From assembly GCF_009914755.1 (NCBI RefSeq), contig NC_060929.1: a stretch of 64,000 nucleotides of DNA; one strand, 5' to 3'. This DNA comes from the human T2T-CHM13v2.0 reference genome, Homo sapiens. Both the position numbers and the translations under genes were made by a program. Positions 26,164-40,389 of the stretch are shown here, piece by piece. Below the pieces are notes generated by a model. That model ran no database searches, was not told where the DNA came from, and saw nothing but the letters and a program-made list of their open reading frames with translations. Numbering within the stretch: the first letter of the stretch is position 1; the number at the start of each line of letters is the position of its first letter.

Positions 26164-27723
26164 AAAAAACCTCACTTGGTAAAAGTGCAGAGTCAAAAGC
26201 TCCAATGGCCTTGTGAGCATGTGGAAATAAATTAATTCCAGTATTCAAATTAAGCATCCTTACTGGCCTCTGGCCTTTCAAAAGCCAACAACAGACTGCG
26301 ATGACAATGGGACTCGAGCAATTATGATGAGAATATAAATGAATGTGATTTAAATACCAGAGGCATGATAATTTTGGGAATGGCTAAATAAAGCTAATAA
26401 TCTCATTCCTGCAATGTCCAATTATGGTGTTTTAATTAAAACCTCCTAAGGAGATGGGTGGCTGGTCATGGCTTACCTTAATTATCTTTGTACTTAGTAA
26501 CTAGTCCCAAATTAAAAAAAAAAAAGACGATGAAAAGGGAAAGTTTCTTGTTTCTAGAGAGATAAGCATATTTCATTTTTAATAATAAATGAAGTGCTTA
26601 TTGAGAGGCTATTAGGTTCAAGCTTTGTTCTAGGCATTTGGGGCACCTGAAAAAGTGTACGACGTGGCCCCTCATTACTAGAAGACAAGACTAATGTCTG
26701 TAGGAAAGGATATCTCACATTTAAGGCCAAGGGCAGGTAAGTGTGAAACAGATGGACAAACCAATGGGTTCAAAGACATTCAAAGCAAAGAGATAACTGA
26801 TTTAGGAGGTCAACTAATAACCTTGAATTACAAATTGTGACTGGTAGAAACCCTTCCAGATTAAGGTACCAGAAAATTAACAAGTGGAAGGTAAATCCTA
26901 AAATTTAAACCCCCAAATAAACCCTTTAGATAAGGATGAAAAAAAAAAAAAAACCAACAACTTGCAACTCATGTAACATGAACTTCTTCTCTGGTCTATG
27001 ATCATGAACTTTGATAAAGTTCTGGTCGGGTTCAGGCCACAAGCAACCAGACACTTCCAGCCGTAGGGCCTTAACCTTCCTCTTGAAACAAGAAAAGTTC
27101 ACAGAAATCCTTTCAGCAGAAGCTGAAGGGGGCCAAGTAGTCAAGTTGTATAACATAGGGAAAAAAGTTAATAAAAAGATAAAGCTCTATTTCCCCACCC
27201 TTGTGAAAAATTCCCAATACCCAGGGGAAGAAAATAAATGCCTTCAACTGGAAAGGTACAGTTGACAGAGGAGATGAATTTTGCCAAAGTGCACTGCTAG
27301 CAAATTTCTGGGTTAGCTGGAGTGATAAGGAGCCCATATCCAGGGCTTCTGGGGAGAAGAAGCTGGGCTCCAGACAGCTGGATTTAATTCAAAGGGAGAT
27401 ATCAGGCACTTGGGCAGGCAGAGCCCTCACAGGCTGAGCGAGATAAAGCTCTTTCCTGTCTCTGGAGCCATGTGTTTGGTGAAATTTTTGATACCATTTA
27501 AAGGCTCAGGGAGCTTTTCTTATGCTGCCTGGATGGGGACTGCTGGTGATGAAGCTATGCCCAGGGATGGCTTAATTGCTACCCCAATGCCTCTTTTCCT
27601 CCTGAGTGGATGACCTCTATTTTGTAAGAGAAGTTCTTGTCTTCAGTTCTTGACTGAATTTCTCCTCTTGTGGTTTAACAGGTGAATAGCTTGAATGAGG
27701 GGCATTTGGGGTTTTTGCAGTTA

Positions 27724-28086
<363 letters not shown>

Positions 28087-28321
28087 TCAGATGCCTTGTG
28101 GGGCTCAGGCATTGGGGCAGGACTGGTTGTTGGTGGTGGCGTGTGGAGTGTGGTCAGTCCTTGAAAATAGCTCTTCTCCTTAACCTCCTTCTCTAGGGCC
28201 TCAAAGACTGACCACTCATGTTTCAACTGCACACTCACAGACTGAACCTTCCTCCACATTGCTTCCTCTCAAGGTTTTGTCATTGTCTCACAAAGTGTAT
28301 TTAACAATTTTTGAAAACGCA

Positions 28322-28410
28322 TTAGGTTGGTGCAAAAGGTACAAAAGTATTCGCAGTTTTTGCAATTGAAAGTAATGGCAGAAACCACAATTATTTTTGC
28401 ACCCACGTAA
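28322..28410. mobile_element. MADE1 (Hsmar1 MITE) with a 9-bp internal duplication
   Basis: ttaggttggtgcaaaa...tttttgcacccacgtaa. 89 bp = 80-bp consensus plus the duplicated ggtgcaaaa/ggtacaaaa. Confidence 0.92.
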
Positions 28411-29802
28411 TAGCAGAAGTCTTTGGAGGGCATGTTCCACATGCACCTGACTCATGATGGTAGGAGTTCAATCTTCATGGATGTTCACTGCACCAGGGCC
28501 CCCAGATCTTTATATCTGACCTTGACCTTTTCAGAGAGTAACGGCTCACAGCATTCTAGGTGGTAACCCATGGGAGCCTGCTAAGGCACTTAAAGAATCC
28601 CTCATGCATAGGGGTCTCAATATGTCCCTGCCCTTAATTCATACTACAGGCGAGACGGTGGAGGTTAACAGCATAGTCATGTCTGGAGCCTTTGGACTAA
28701 ATTCTCATGTTCTCAAAAGACACCTGGCTTCATACTAAGAAGCTCCAGGGACCATCACAAGCAATGGGATTAACTGCTATAAACAGAAGTTGATAAAGGT
28801 GCTCCCACGTAACTACGAACCTGTCCGCTGGACCTAGCCTTTCCAAAGGAGAAAGAGTGAGGCGTTCAGATTTAATGGACTTTGGAGGGTCAGCCTTTCT
28901 CCCCTGGTTTTGGATCCTGACTGCTGCTGGGTGAGCAATGTCTTGCTGCACCTTTGACAGGAAGGTGCTCTCTGATGAAGTGGTGTGTGAGGTCATACAC
29001 TACATTAAACCTGGCACTCACCTGTAATGATGTGTTTTATCATTCTAATTAGTTTTTCTCACTACCTCTTGGATGACTCTCGTACTCTATAATTATTTCT
29101 TTCACTTATGCCGATATTGTACCCTTTGCCAAATAATTACTGTAATTATAGTCACTACATTTGAAGTTGGTGCCTGCGTGATAAATGGTTTTATTATATG
29201 TGTTTGATGGGAAGTGATTTCTAAGTGGGTGTCTATAGGAAGTTATTGAGGTACTGCTTGAGACATGTTAAAATATTTTCAGATAATAAATAACATGGTA
29301 AAATAACAACATGACAGGAGGAAGCGGCAGAGAATGAGATGAAGTTGAATTCAAGGAAAATTCTTGTATATCGCAAGTGTGATCTAAGAGCAGAAGAGGC
29401 CAGAGAGTTTGCGCTTCTGGCCATACTGGAGTCCAGCAGCCCATGCTGGGCCCGGTAAACCCTTTAGTACTAAAGGTGGGCACCAGTTAGAAAGGTGAGA
29501 GAAATGCAGAGCTCACAGTGCTTAAGCTCCCTGGGGTCCTTGTTTCCTCTTGCATGCCAACTCCCCAGACTCAGCCTTTAGAGGCCACTGGGCCCCAATT
29601 CTGGGACTGGCTTCCTGGAAATCAAAATACCTCTTTGGGAAATTTCTCAACTGAATGCTTTCTGTTTTTTTTGTTTGTTTGTTTTTTTAGGAAGTCAAGG
29701 AATTAGCTCTACTTATTTACCACAGAAAAAGGAAGAGTTGGTGAGAATGGAAGGTGCCAATGCAAAGTAAAAGCAAACAACTGAAATTTGGGACCCTGGT
29801 TC

Positions 29803-30181
<379 letters not shown>

Positions 30182-30920
30182 TGAGCTGCCTTCAGTTATG
30201 TGTCTGCATCATTCTGTTTTCTGTGCCACATAGGCAATCTGTGCTTCTGTTACATTTCGATTACCCACAGATCAAACTCTTATGTTTGCTCAGCACATTT
30301 TGTGAGCCCACTAAACTATAATAATTAAGCTCCACTGATTTAGCTTTTACCAAGGGCTGTGCATTATGCTAAGTGCTTTATATGCATTATTTCACTTAAT
30401 CCTCCCACCTGTTCTTTGAGTTATGAACTATTATTATTTCCATATTGCGGATGAGCAGTAACTTGCCAAAGTCACACACCACTAAGGGACAGAGCTGAGA
30501 TTTCCAGCCAAGCAGCTGACTCCAGAGCCTACATTATCTTGTCTTCCAATTTCTATGAGCAATGGGACGACAGGAACTTGTTTAGCAGATGCTAGAACAC
30601 CTCCGTTATACCTGTTTCCATTTTATGTGTGGCTCAACAAATGTTCGGTTTCTAGTATCAATGGACTAGGGGGCTGAAAAAGTAGTTCATGAATTCTTTT
30701 AGCATTTCCCTTTACCAGATGACAAGAGTTTCTGTTTTAAAACCCTTTGAGGCACGTCACAGTTCTTTAAGTGACTACTGAGTACTGAGGACGACCTATG
30801 GGGTTCCTTCCACACCAAGCTCTGGGCTAGGGTATGTGTTCAAGGTCAGGGTGATGTTGTGGGAGCTCATGGGTGGGTGGGTCATAGCACAGGAGGGGAG
30901 AGCAGGTAAAGCATCCTCAC

Positions 30921-31084
30921 CTGGGCACACGTACTCCTTCTTCTGCACATCCGCCACGTTGAAGCCCCTCAAATGCACAGGAGCCATGCAGAGTGTGAAC
31001 TGGCCAACTGTCCGTCGCTGTCGCAGCCAATCCGAGAGCCAGGCCAGGTGGCAGTCGCAGTACAGGTGGTTGGAGTGGAGGCGC
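30921..31084 (-). CDS. SLIT3: SLIT3 exon 8, last LRR and C-terminal cap (LRRCT) of D1: [54 protein letters not shown]
   Basis: 164 nt. Acceptor ctctcccag|G, donor CAG|gtgagg, phase 2-1. Shows the CxC..W..W...C...C LRRCT cysteine pattern. Confidence 0.98.
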
Positions 31085-32017
31085 CTGGGAGAGGGCGGGA
31101 CAGAGAGAAGGCATGGTCACAGAGTGAAGTGTGGAGGCTGTCACTGGCCAGACAGAGTGGCCAAAACCCCTGTTGCCCCTTTCTCCAGTGTGAAAATCCC
31201 TAGGAGCCCAGGGAAGCAATTCCCTCTGCACTACCAAAAACATGGGAGCCCCAACCCTTTCATTGCCAGGTCACATCCAAAGGATGCCTCCAGGGTTCTG
31301 AGCAAAGCTCATTTTTTAATAGCAAGTCCACCCTCTTTTCTTTTCACTCAAGCAAGCCTCAGCACATGAGAAAAGGGGAGTGACATTATTACAGTGACAT
31401 CCTGATTGGAGTCAAACTTACCAAAGGGCTATTTATTTGTAAATTTCAGCACTTTAGCCAGCATGAGTTACAGGTTGCTTGAAACATGCTTCTCAATCTC
31501 AATGCCCCCATCTCCAGCGACATGCAGCTGAGAGACGCTGTTGCCTTTCCCTGAGTTGTTCTTCGTTCCCCCGCTAAGTGTCCTTTAATAAACCCACTGC
31601 ATGTAATGCTTGTGGGCTTAAAACCAATACCACTTTGTGTGCGCTAGCTGGAGTGAGCAGGCTGCAGACAGAAGGGAAATTTTTAGAGGATGTACCTTCT
31701 TTCCACCCTCCCACTTAAATAAGGTGTTGTCTGTACCAGACTCTTGCAATCCATAGCCATCTCTCCACAGTGCCCTTGCTTTCCTTCCTGTGTTCAATTC
31801 TGTCTGGTGTATTTGCTATTCTGACTGATTCAGGTATGGCTGAAAATATTTTCTAACCAGTTCTAGGACGCTTTGGCTTTCCCCCTCTGGTAGTTGTGGT
31901 TCCGGATGAATTTCTTGCCCCTGAGTAGATAAGAATCCCTGGAGGGATCTGTGTGTTTCACTTCTGAGGGGAATCCCATCAAGTTAAGTGACTTGAACTT
32001 CCTTTCCACTACCAGGG

Positions 32018-32076
32018 AGGCAAACTAAGGATATCCAGGGGCTTCTAAGGCAAACTACGGATATTCCAGGTTCTTC
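32018..32076. repeat. ~30-bp imperfect direct tandem duplication
   Basis: aggcaaactaaggatatccaggggcttct / aggcaaactacggatattccaggttcttc. Confidence 0.85.
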
Positions 32077-33959
32077 CCCCAAGGTCTCTCTATCAGGGGT
32101 TTCCCATTTCCACGTTCCCTACAACCCTAGGTCACTAGAAGTTGGTAGTGGGTAAGTTTTCATCACGTCAGCTTGTCATGTACTTGCATTTCGGATGCAC
32201 ATTTTAAATGCCTAAATCCTGGACATGCTAATCAGCTAGCAGTATATAAAGACTTTCAAGTAGTCTGTGTCAAGCCAGTTATTACTGAGTGTCAGCCCTG
32301 TGGAGAGGCTCAAGCCCCCTCCACGCCTGGAATAGAGAGAGCTGAAGGGCTCTTGACCAAGCTCCACTTAGTGTAAGGTCAACATTGCCAAACACTGGCC
32401 AAGTGCAGCTACCTCCTGCTGGATGCCAGCAGGGCCTTCCTGCCACTGTGTGGGCAAAAGCCTCCCATAGGCCTGGGCCACTGGGGCCTTGGCCGCCGCA
32501 GGGGGCTCCAGATCCCATCATATCAGATAGATTAAATGAACCTATATCCCATATAAAATGTAATTTTTTCTGCTAACAATTTTGAAAAAGACTTTTATGA
32601 TTTTGTTTCAAAAATAATTAATCTGGATGTAATTTCCTTTTTGCATTTCCCAGTGGGTTGCACACACTTTCACAGGCTCCTGGGCCCAAGATACAGTGAG
32701 TACAATGGGTCCCACGCAGTTCTCCCCTTTGAGTTTGAAAGCTTAGAGTTCTTGAGCTGAAGCAAGCACTGCTTGCTCTTCGCCTGGACTCTGGAAAGAA
32801 GTGAGACAGGCAGGAAGGGGTTGGCGAACCAGAATCCTAAGCTGGTGGGAAGGACCTCAGTTCTAGGAGGGAAAGCAAAACCTCTGTTTATTCATTAAGC
32901 ATTAACCACTTTATGCCAAAAACAGAGAGGAGGCTTGGCAGTGGACTTTCAGCTGACTTTTCGCCGGGTATAAATGTTGCCCAAGGAACACGGCAACAGT
33001 AGGTCTGTCTGGGACAAAGCAGACCACAGGGCAGCCTGCCGTGGCATGCGCAGGCTGAGGTGCCGTTCTTTTGTGTGCCGGGAGAAGCAGAACCTTTTAA
33101 TGAGCGTTTGGCTTTTATTTGGAAAGGTGGTTGCCCTCTTGTGCAGTGAGGCGCGGAAGCTGAGGCAACAGGGATTCTCTATGAGCCAAGGAGCATGTGT
33201 GCATGTGGCGGATCACAGATCAATGCAAACAAATTCCCGTCGGTTCCGATCAAGGGTAAGAGATCAATGGAACAACAAAAATGACGTTTAGGTAAGTCAG
33301 ATCCTTACTGAGCTGATTAATTTCTGGGATAATAAAAATGTCAGAGGTTTCCCTTTTGGAAGATTCTATTAGGTTGATCCTGTCTCAATCCTGGCTGGCT
33401 GGCCCCAAGCTATCTCTCTTCTTAATCTTGATACAGATAGTTCCTATCCCTTTGTCCGTCTTAATAGAAATTTTTCTCCTCCCAAGAGCACCAGAGAAAA
33501 GAGGTGACCCAGACTGATTTGGAGCCATCAGAGGGCTCTCGTCAAAAGCCCAGGGCAGTGGAGTCCAGGGTGGTGAACAGACTCCACTCCCTCTTCTTGG
33601 AATTGTATCCACCAGAAATGCTAAAAGAGTCAAGCTGGGTAGATTCTTGCCTTTCACAACATGTTTGGGAGATCAAGCTAAGCAATACCATGTCAAATAG
33701 TGAAAGAAAAATAATCATAATGGCATGAAATTAGAGCTTAGGCACTGTCAGGGGTAGCGCTAATCCTCTTGAGTGAGAAGGGACATTATTTTAATTACTT
33801 TCAATAGTTTTGGTGAGGTGTGACAGCAACGACACAAGGGAGGGTGGCCTCCATAGGCTCCTGGGCTGTGCAGAGGCTCTTATCCCCCTTCTTCTGTTCA
33901 CCTGGCACCTGCTCTTCTGCTTTTGTTCCTGATGAATGGCCTGAGCTCAGGCTGTGATG

Positions 33960-34170
33960 GCAAACTGCCTGAGTCTGACACTGGCTCCGTGCTTTCTGAC
34001 TTTGACTTCGGGTGGCAATTTAACTCTGGGCCTCAGTGTTATCATCTGTCAAATGGGGATATTAGTGGTGCCTCCTTCCTAGGGCTGCTGTGAGAATTGA
34101 AATGATTCATGGGAAGTGCTTAGTACAAGGCCTGGCACGCAGCAAACCACTGAAGAAATGTTCACTGTTA
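33960..34170 (+). mobile_element. MIR
   Basis: ctctgggcctcagtgttatcatctgtcaaatggggata...gcctggcacgcag. Confidence 0.75.
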
Positions 34171-35592
34171 ATTACGACTGAGAGGAGACTAGCTCCAGAC
34201 TTCACTCTCTTCCCAGCCCATGGCCCTGCCTGGACAAGGCTGCAGTTTCTCATTTAGATACTCTAGCACCGAGGTGGCTAGGTGGGTCCTGCATGTTGTT
34301 CTGCAATCTTTTGCTGATGGACACATCATATTCCATGTTGATGAAACCACCTCTACAGAACATAAGGTGAATGAATACAAATGCCAATTTATAAAAGGTG
34401 CCTTTTAGCCACAGACGCTAAATTAAATTTCCAGCAAATCCTTTTAGAGAGGGTCAGTGTTCATTTTCTATAAAATGTGGCTTTCTGAATTCAATATAAA
34501 AGCTTTCCTTTAGAAATCCCATTTATGGCTTCCTTCCTCTCTCCTCTTCCCCGCTTCTCCACCACCACCAGCCGTCCCCCCCAACCCCATACACACTTTA
34601 ATTACAGTGAAGGGGGATTAGTCAGCTCAAGTCTCCAGGGAGTTCTGTACAGAGCCATCTCTGAAATTAAACTAAAGAGAAAATGGCAGCAGGCAGGGAG
34701 CAAAGAGAACAGACGAGATTGATTGATTGATCTGAACTCATCAGATGAATGTTCGGGATGGCAGAGAAGAATGACAACAGAAACCAGTAGAAAAAAACCC
34801 TCCTGTTCTCTTCCCCCGCCCTACTGCAGCCCAAACAAAGTACCCCAGATCCAGGCCTAACCCTGTCCCTACAACTCCCAGGGAATGAGCCCAGCTTCTG
34901 TTATTGCTGCTTCTAAACTGAAAATAACAAAGAAGGGAAGGATAAATCACAGGAACAGCTCACAGGAGCTGGACGGCTGATTCCTGCAGGTGAGAGTCAT
35001 TTTTCTTCGATGCAACCCACATGTCTGGGGTAATGCAGGCCCAGCACCCTGAGGTGCACTCTTGGCTTCTTGCCCAGAAGCCCTGGGTCCCACTTTTCCC
35101 CAGCTCATCTGTGGTTTGCTGGGAACTTTGAAGAGGTCTTTGAAGACCAAATGGCTTCTTAAAATTCCATTACTGCACTACCCTATTTTAAGAGGGAGGG
35201 AAAGGAACAGATTTTCTTGGCTGAGTTATGCTTTTCAATGAGGGATCCAGGAAAGAATTTGGGAAGCAAAGATGGAAGCAGGGCTCAGATTATTATTCTT
35301 TATAATAACGAGTATTTGTTGTGTGCACACCATGTACCAGGCACTTTATGTGTTAAACTGCACTTCATTCTCACAGCAACTTTGAGGCAAGCATTCATGA
35401 ACTCACTTTCCTTGAAGCACAGAGAAATGAAGAAACTTGCTCAAATTAAGTGGCAGAGCTCCCATTTAAACTCAGGCCTAACTGCAAACTCTGTGTCCTT
35501 CTTAGGGTTCTCTGTATTACCTCTTTATATAAATTGCTTCTTTGGTCTTTGTTTTATCTTTGCCTGAAGATAAAGTTGCTTTCTCATGAATG

Positions 35593-35777
35593 CAGTGGTT
35601 CTCAAACTTTATGAGCATTAAAATCTCCTGGAGGGCTTATGAAAAACAGATTGCTGGGTGCCACCCCAAGAGATTCTGATCTGGTATGTCTGGTATGGGG
35701 CCTGAAATCTTGCTTTTCTAACAAGTTCTGGGTGATATTGATGCTGCTGGTCTAGGGACCCCACTGTGGAAGCTCTG
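35593..35777. mobile_element. MER5A hAT-Charlie MITE
   Basis: cagtggttctcaaactt...cctggagggctt...cagattgctggg...ttctaacaagttc...gatgctgctggtctagggacc. Confidence 0.85.
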
Positions 35778-36881
35778 CTCTAAGGATTTCCAAATCTCAT
35801 GGATTGTACAGGCAGCACAGATCAGATGGCTGCTTGGAACTTTCAGTCCAGATTTCTGATCGTGTGATAATAATGTAACAATCAATATCATTTATTGTCT
35901 ACTGCTTGCCAGGCACTTTAAATATCTAATTTCATCTGATCCTCACCACCATTCCTATTTATAGAGGAGGGAACAGAGGAAACAGAGCTAATAAAGGGGA
36001 CTGCAGGAATTCTAGCCCTTGGCCTTGGCCCTAAATGTTTTTGGCTGACACCCTTGGGAGCTGGCTCTCCCTGACCAGTGTGAGGCAAATACCACCGAAG
36101 CTCCACCAACACAAGCCAAGTATCAAGTCTGAACCTCTCTGGAAAGGCTGATAGAGTCCACTTACAGAGAAACTTACAAAGAGGTTCCTGACTGGGAGCA
36201 GAGGGGAACTCCCCAGGTAATAAGAGCACTAGAACTGCTCTCGGTATTGGTCACGATGAGGAGATTTGTTTCCTGAGTATGCACCCTGGAAAACTTAAGC
36301 CCACCTAAGACATCAAAGGTAAAGAACCAAGTATGAGAAAGACGGCATTCTAATGTCAGAATATCATCCAGGGAGCAGGTGAGCAGGGAAATGTGCTGGG
36401 TGGGGGCTGGCTGGGTGGAGAGAAGGAGTGACTCTCCTGTACTGTCATTCCTCAGGGGAAAACCATTGCAACCACTGGCAATCTGACAGAACTGCTGATG
36501 TTACGTGACATTAGCTAAGCAAATGGTGAATCATTCAGTCAGAGTTCTATATGCTTTGTGACAATGTAAAACTAATCTCTTCTATCAGGACGGAAAACAT
36601 GCACACAACACAGGAAGAATTCCCACAGTTCTAGGGTAAGAGAAATGAGTCTGTCTGACGCAGAACGGTGGTTCAGAACCATGGTTGGTGGCACCATGAC
36701 CTGACTCTACATCTACCCTCACTCGCCAAGGCACCCCTTGGTTAATAGCAGAAGGAGGAATTTGAATGTCGGAACCATCTGCCTAGTCATAGCATGGTAG
36801 GTTTGACAAGCAGCGTAGAGTGCTGCACTTTGGGCGTGAGGTAGGGAGAAAATGGGAGAGATGCACAGACTTCTTACTCAC

Positions 36882-36953
36882 AGAGTTCGGATCTTCGGCA
36901 TGTGGTTGAAGCTGGTGACCAGGATGCGACTGATGTTGTTGTTGTTGAGGGTA
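36882..36953 (-). CDS. SLIT3: SLIT3 exon 7, LRR of D1: (L)[23 protein letters not shown](L)
   Basis: 72 nt. Acceptor tctccacag|T, donor CT|gtgagt, phase 2-2. In frame with the preceding exon; seen in ORF 36878..37063. Confidence 0.98.
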
Positions 36954-37578
36954 CTGTGGAGATAGAGAAGGGAGATGGTCAGCCAGGCAGCAGCAGGGGA
37001 GGCACCAAGATGCTTGTAGTAGGTCGGGGGAGGGATGGTTGTGACTGCAAGACCATGAGTCAACAGTCATGGCCCAGCCAGTGGAGCAGCTGAAGACAAG
37101 TGGACAGGTCTCCAGACGAGAAGAGCATGCCCTGACTTTTTTATTCAGGTGGAGCCCTCCTTCCCTCTACTGTCCTCTCAGGACTTGCCTACCCACCTTG
37201 AGTAAGAGTATCGCTTCCTGAAACCCTCCTATGCACTGAGTGCTTCATTATAACATCTCTAATTCTTACATCTACAATGCCAGTTACCTATTCCTGTCCT
37301 CGGTTTATGGAGAAGGAAACAGATATGCTTAATAACACACAAATCTACAAATGTGTTATCCTCATATTATGGATGAGGAGGCTGAGCCACAGGGAGGCAA
37401 AATAAGTTTTCCAAGAACAATCACTGCAAAGCTCTGGAGGTGGGATCTGAGTCCAGCACTACCTTGCTGCATTCTCCTTGATACTCCCATTGCATGTGTT
37501 GCCTCGCACAGGATGCTGTGGGGATAGGTGATTCTGTATTTTCTAGGCATCTTCTGACTCTTTCAGCACATCTAATCT

Positions 37579-37859
<281 letters not shown>

Positions 37860-40389
37860 TTCAGCACATCTAATCTCAAACAAGTCTGTGAGCTCTGCGC
37901 ATCTCTTCTTTCCGGTGCATCTCTACGACCATGAACGGAGCTCCTACGGTGCCTGTTAGCTCTGACAGGTACTTTTGTGCAGGGAAAAGCAAAGAGAAAG
38001 GTGTGAGCTCCATAAATGAACCAGACTGAAATGAGGCTGTTGAAGAATGAAGCCAGGCTATAGGCAAGTACCCGGGCTTACCCTTCTGGAGAAACCTATT
38101 ATGGAAGCCTAGGGAAAGCATGGCACCTAAGGAAGGCCATCTGCAGAGGCAGAAACATCACGTAGCAGGAGGGCCTTTTGCATCAGTTACTTCAGTGACT
38201 ACCCAGGTGGAGAGACATAATATGTGGGGAAGTCAGGCATAGCTCTCAGCTCCCTGACCCCACACCTGCCTCACTATACCTCCCAAAGAGGAAGAGTTGG
38301 ATACAGCCCTTGGTACAATTCCTCATGGTGGCCACTTGTTCCTGTGCCCTTCTATTCTCCGCTCCTCCCAGAACCACATCAGACATCCCTTACTCAACAA
38401 TCCAATTCCTCTTACCCTCTCCTGAGCCTCCATGGGTCCCTACTGGCCCAGGAAGGACCCTTTCTTTGGAAGCCTTCATGGGTTAAGCCAGATGTCTTTT
38501 GCCCTTGGCTTTTCGTAAACACATTATCTTCCGCTTCAAATGCCCTCTACATCATACGTCTGCAAAGGCAGGACCATTTTCTGTCCTGTGCATTACCATA
38601 GCCTCATGTCCTGCTCTGTACATGGTTGAAATCAAATCCTACTACTTCCGAATTGTGTGGCCTTGGGCAAGTTATCAATATCTCTTATCTGCAGGTTCTT
38701 TATTTGTGGGAGGAAACAGGTAATGGTACCTATCTCACAGGCTGGTAAAAGGCTTAGCATGGGGTATGTGCTCAGTAAGTGGAGGCCACTATGTTACTGA
38801 CATTCATGGAGAGAATCTAGTCCTGGCCTGGCCTATTATATTCCCCTCTACTCCAACCCCCATGGAAATAGAGGTTTACTCAGCATACAGTGCCCCCCAT
38901 ATTCTCCATCCTACCCAAGGGGACCTGTAACAATTCCTTCTCCAGCCCCTTGTGAGCCCAGTCCAAAGCAGGATTCCAGTGGCCTCACCTCCCTTGGCCC
39001 AGACTATCCGTGTAATCCCCCACATCTACTTATCATCTGCGTGGTGAAAGGCACAGAACCTAATTCTTCTTTCTCCCTCCCTCCCTCCCATATTTACTGT
39101 GCACCTACCATGTGTCTGACACTGTTAGGCATATGGGATGGTAAAGAAGAACGAACAGACAAAATTTACATTGCCTGCTTCTGCCTACTTTATGACTTCA
39201 CTAACTCGCCAATGCAGGTATTTGGCATTTTATGAAGTTGAGCCCACTTAGCGGTTTTGTTTCATATGGCTTCTTTTCTGTGTGTGTGTATGTGGGGAGA
39301 TGCTCAGTGGGGGATAATCTATCCTGCCTCTGTCCATCCAGAAAGCTTCCAGAAGATCTCATCAAACAACACTGAAGAATTTGTCACTGCTATCAGACCA
39401 GGCACTCTGCCTTGGCAGGGAGCTTCCTGGGGGTGAGGGCTATGCTTCTCTCCCCTTCTTCATTGGATTAGAAATGCCTCCAGGGCAGAAATGATCCCTC
39501 CATTTCACCTTCTGTCCATTTCAGAGTTCTGGGCTCCACACTTAGGGGAAACCAAGTTAAGGTTGTTGACTGACCACCAGACAAAAAAATCTGAGCATCC
39601 TCCCTATCTTTCAAAGAGCAAGAACCCTTTGCAGAGAAGGGGCTTCTTTCCAAGCACACCCAGTCATTCAACATCAGGTGGAGTTCACAGCCTGGCTCTA
39701 ATTTAGCTGAATATACAGTACAATTATAAGCAGGGCCTCAACTATAACTGCATCCGGCAGTAGTCCAGCAGCGATGACTTATTAATGTATTACTACACTG
39801 ATATTTAAATGTGAGTCGTAATGAGTGCTATAAAACATTTACGATAATAGCAATTATTCCAGAACCAAAATGACTAAACACAGTATTCAGACTTTCATGA
39901 TTTGCTGCTTGGGGCTGGCCAGCCCGGGGATGTCAGAGGGTTGGTAACCTCTCAGACGCTGATTGCTACGACAGCTACAGTTTTCGTTTCCCTAATAAAC
40001 ACAGATTTATTTGATTTCCAGTCTTGGCAGCTTTTGCCCACACACAGAGTACTGCATTCTATTTGCTTCTTGTGCCGCTGCCTAAGTAGCTGGCATTCAA
40101 TGAAGGAATTGTTGTTACAACCCCAATGCCAAGGAGAGGTGGTGAGCATGGACCTCGAAGGCAGAGACTAGTTTAGACTGGCTCTGCCACTTACAGCCTA
40201 TGCAACCATGGGTAAATTTCTTAATCTCATTACGTTTCCTCCTTTGTAACATGGAGATAATAATAGCACTGGGCTCATAGAGCTTTAGTGGCAATTAGAA
40301 GAGATGTTACTGATAACTGCTAACATTAACTGAGAGCTTATTATATGCCAGACGGGCTCTGAGCTAAGGGTACTGCATTGTACCGTTTC

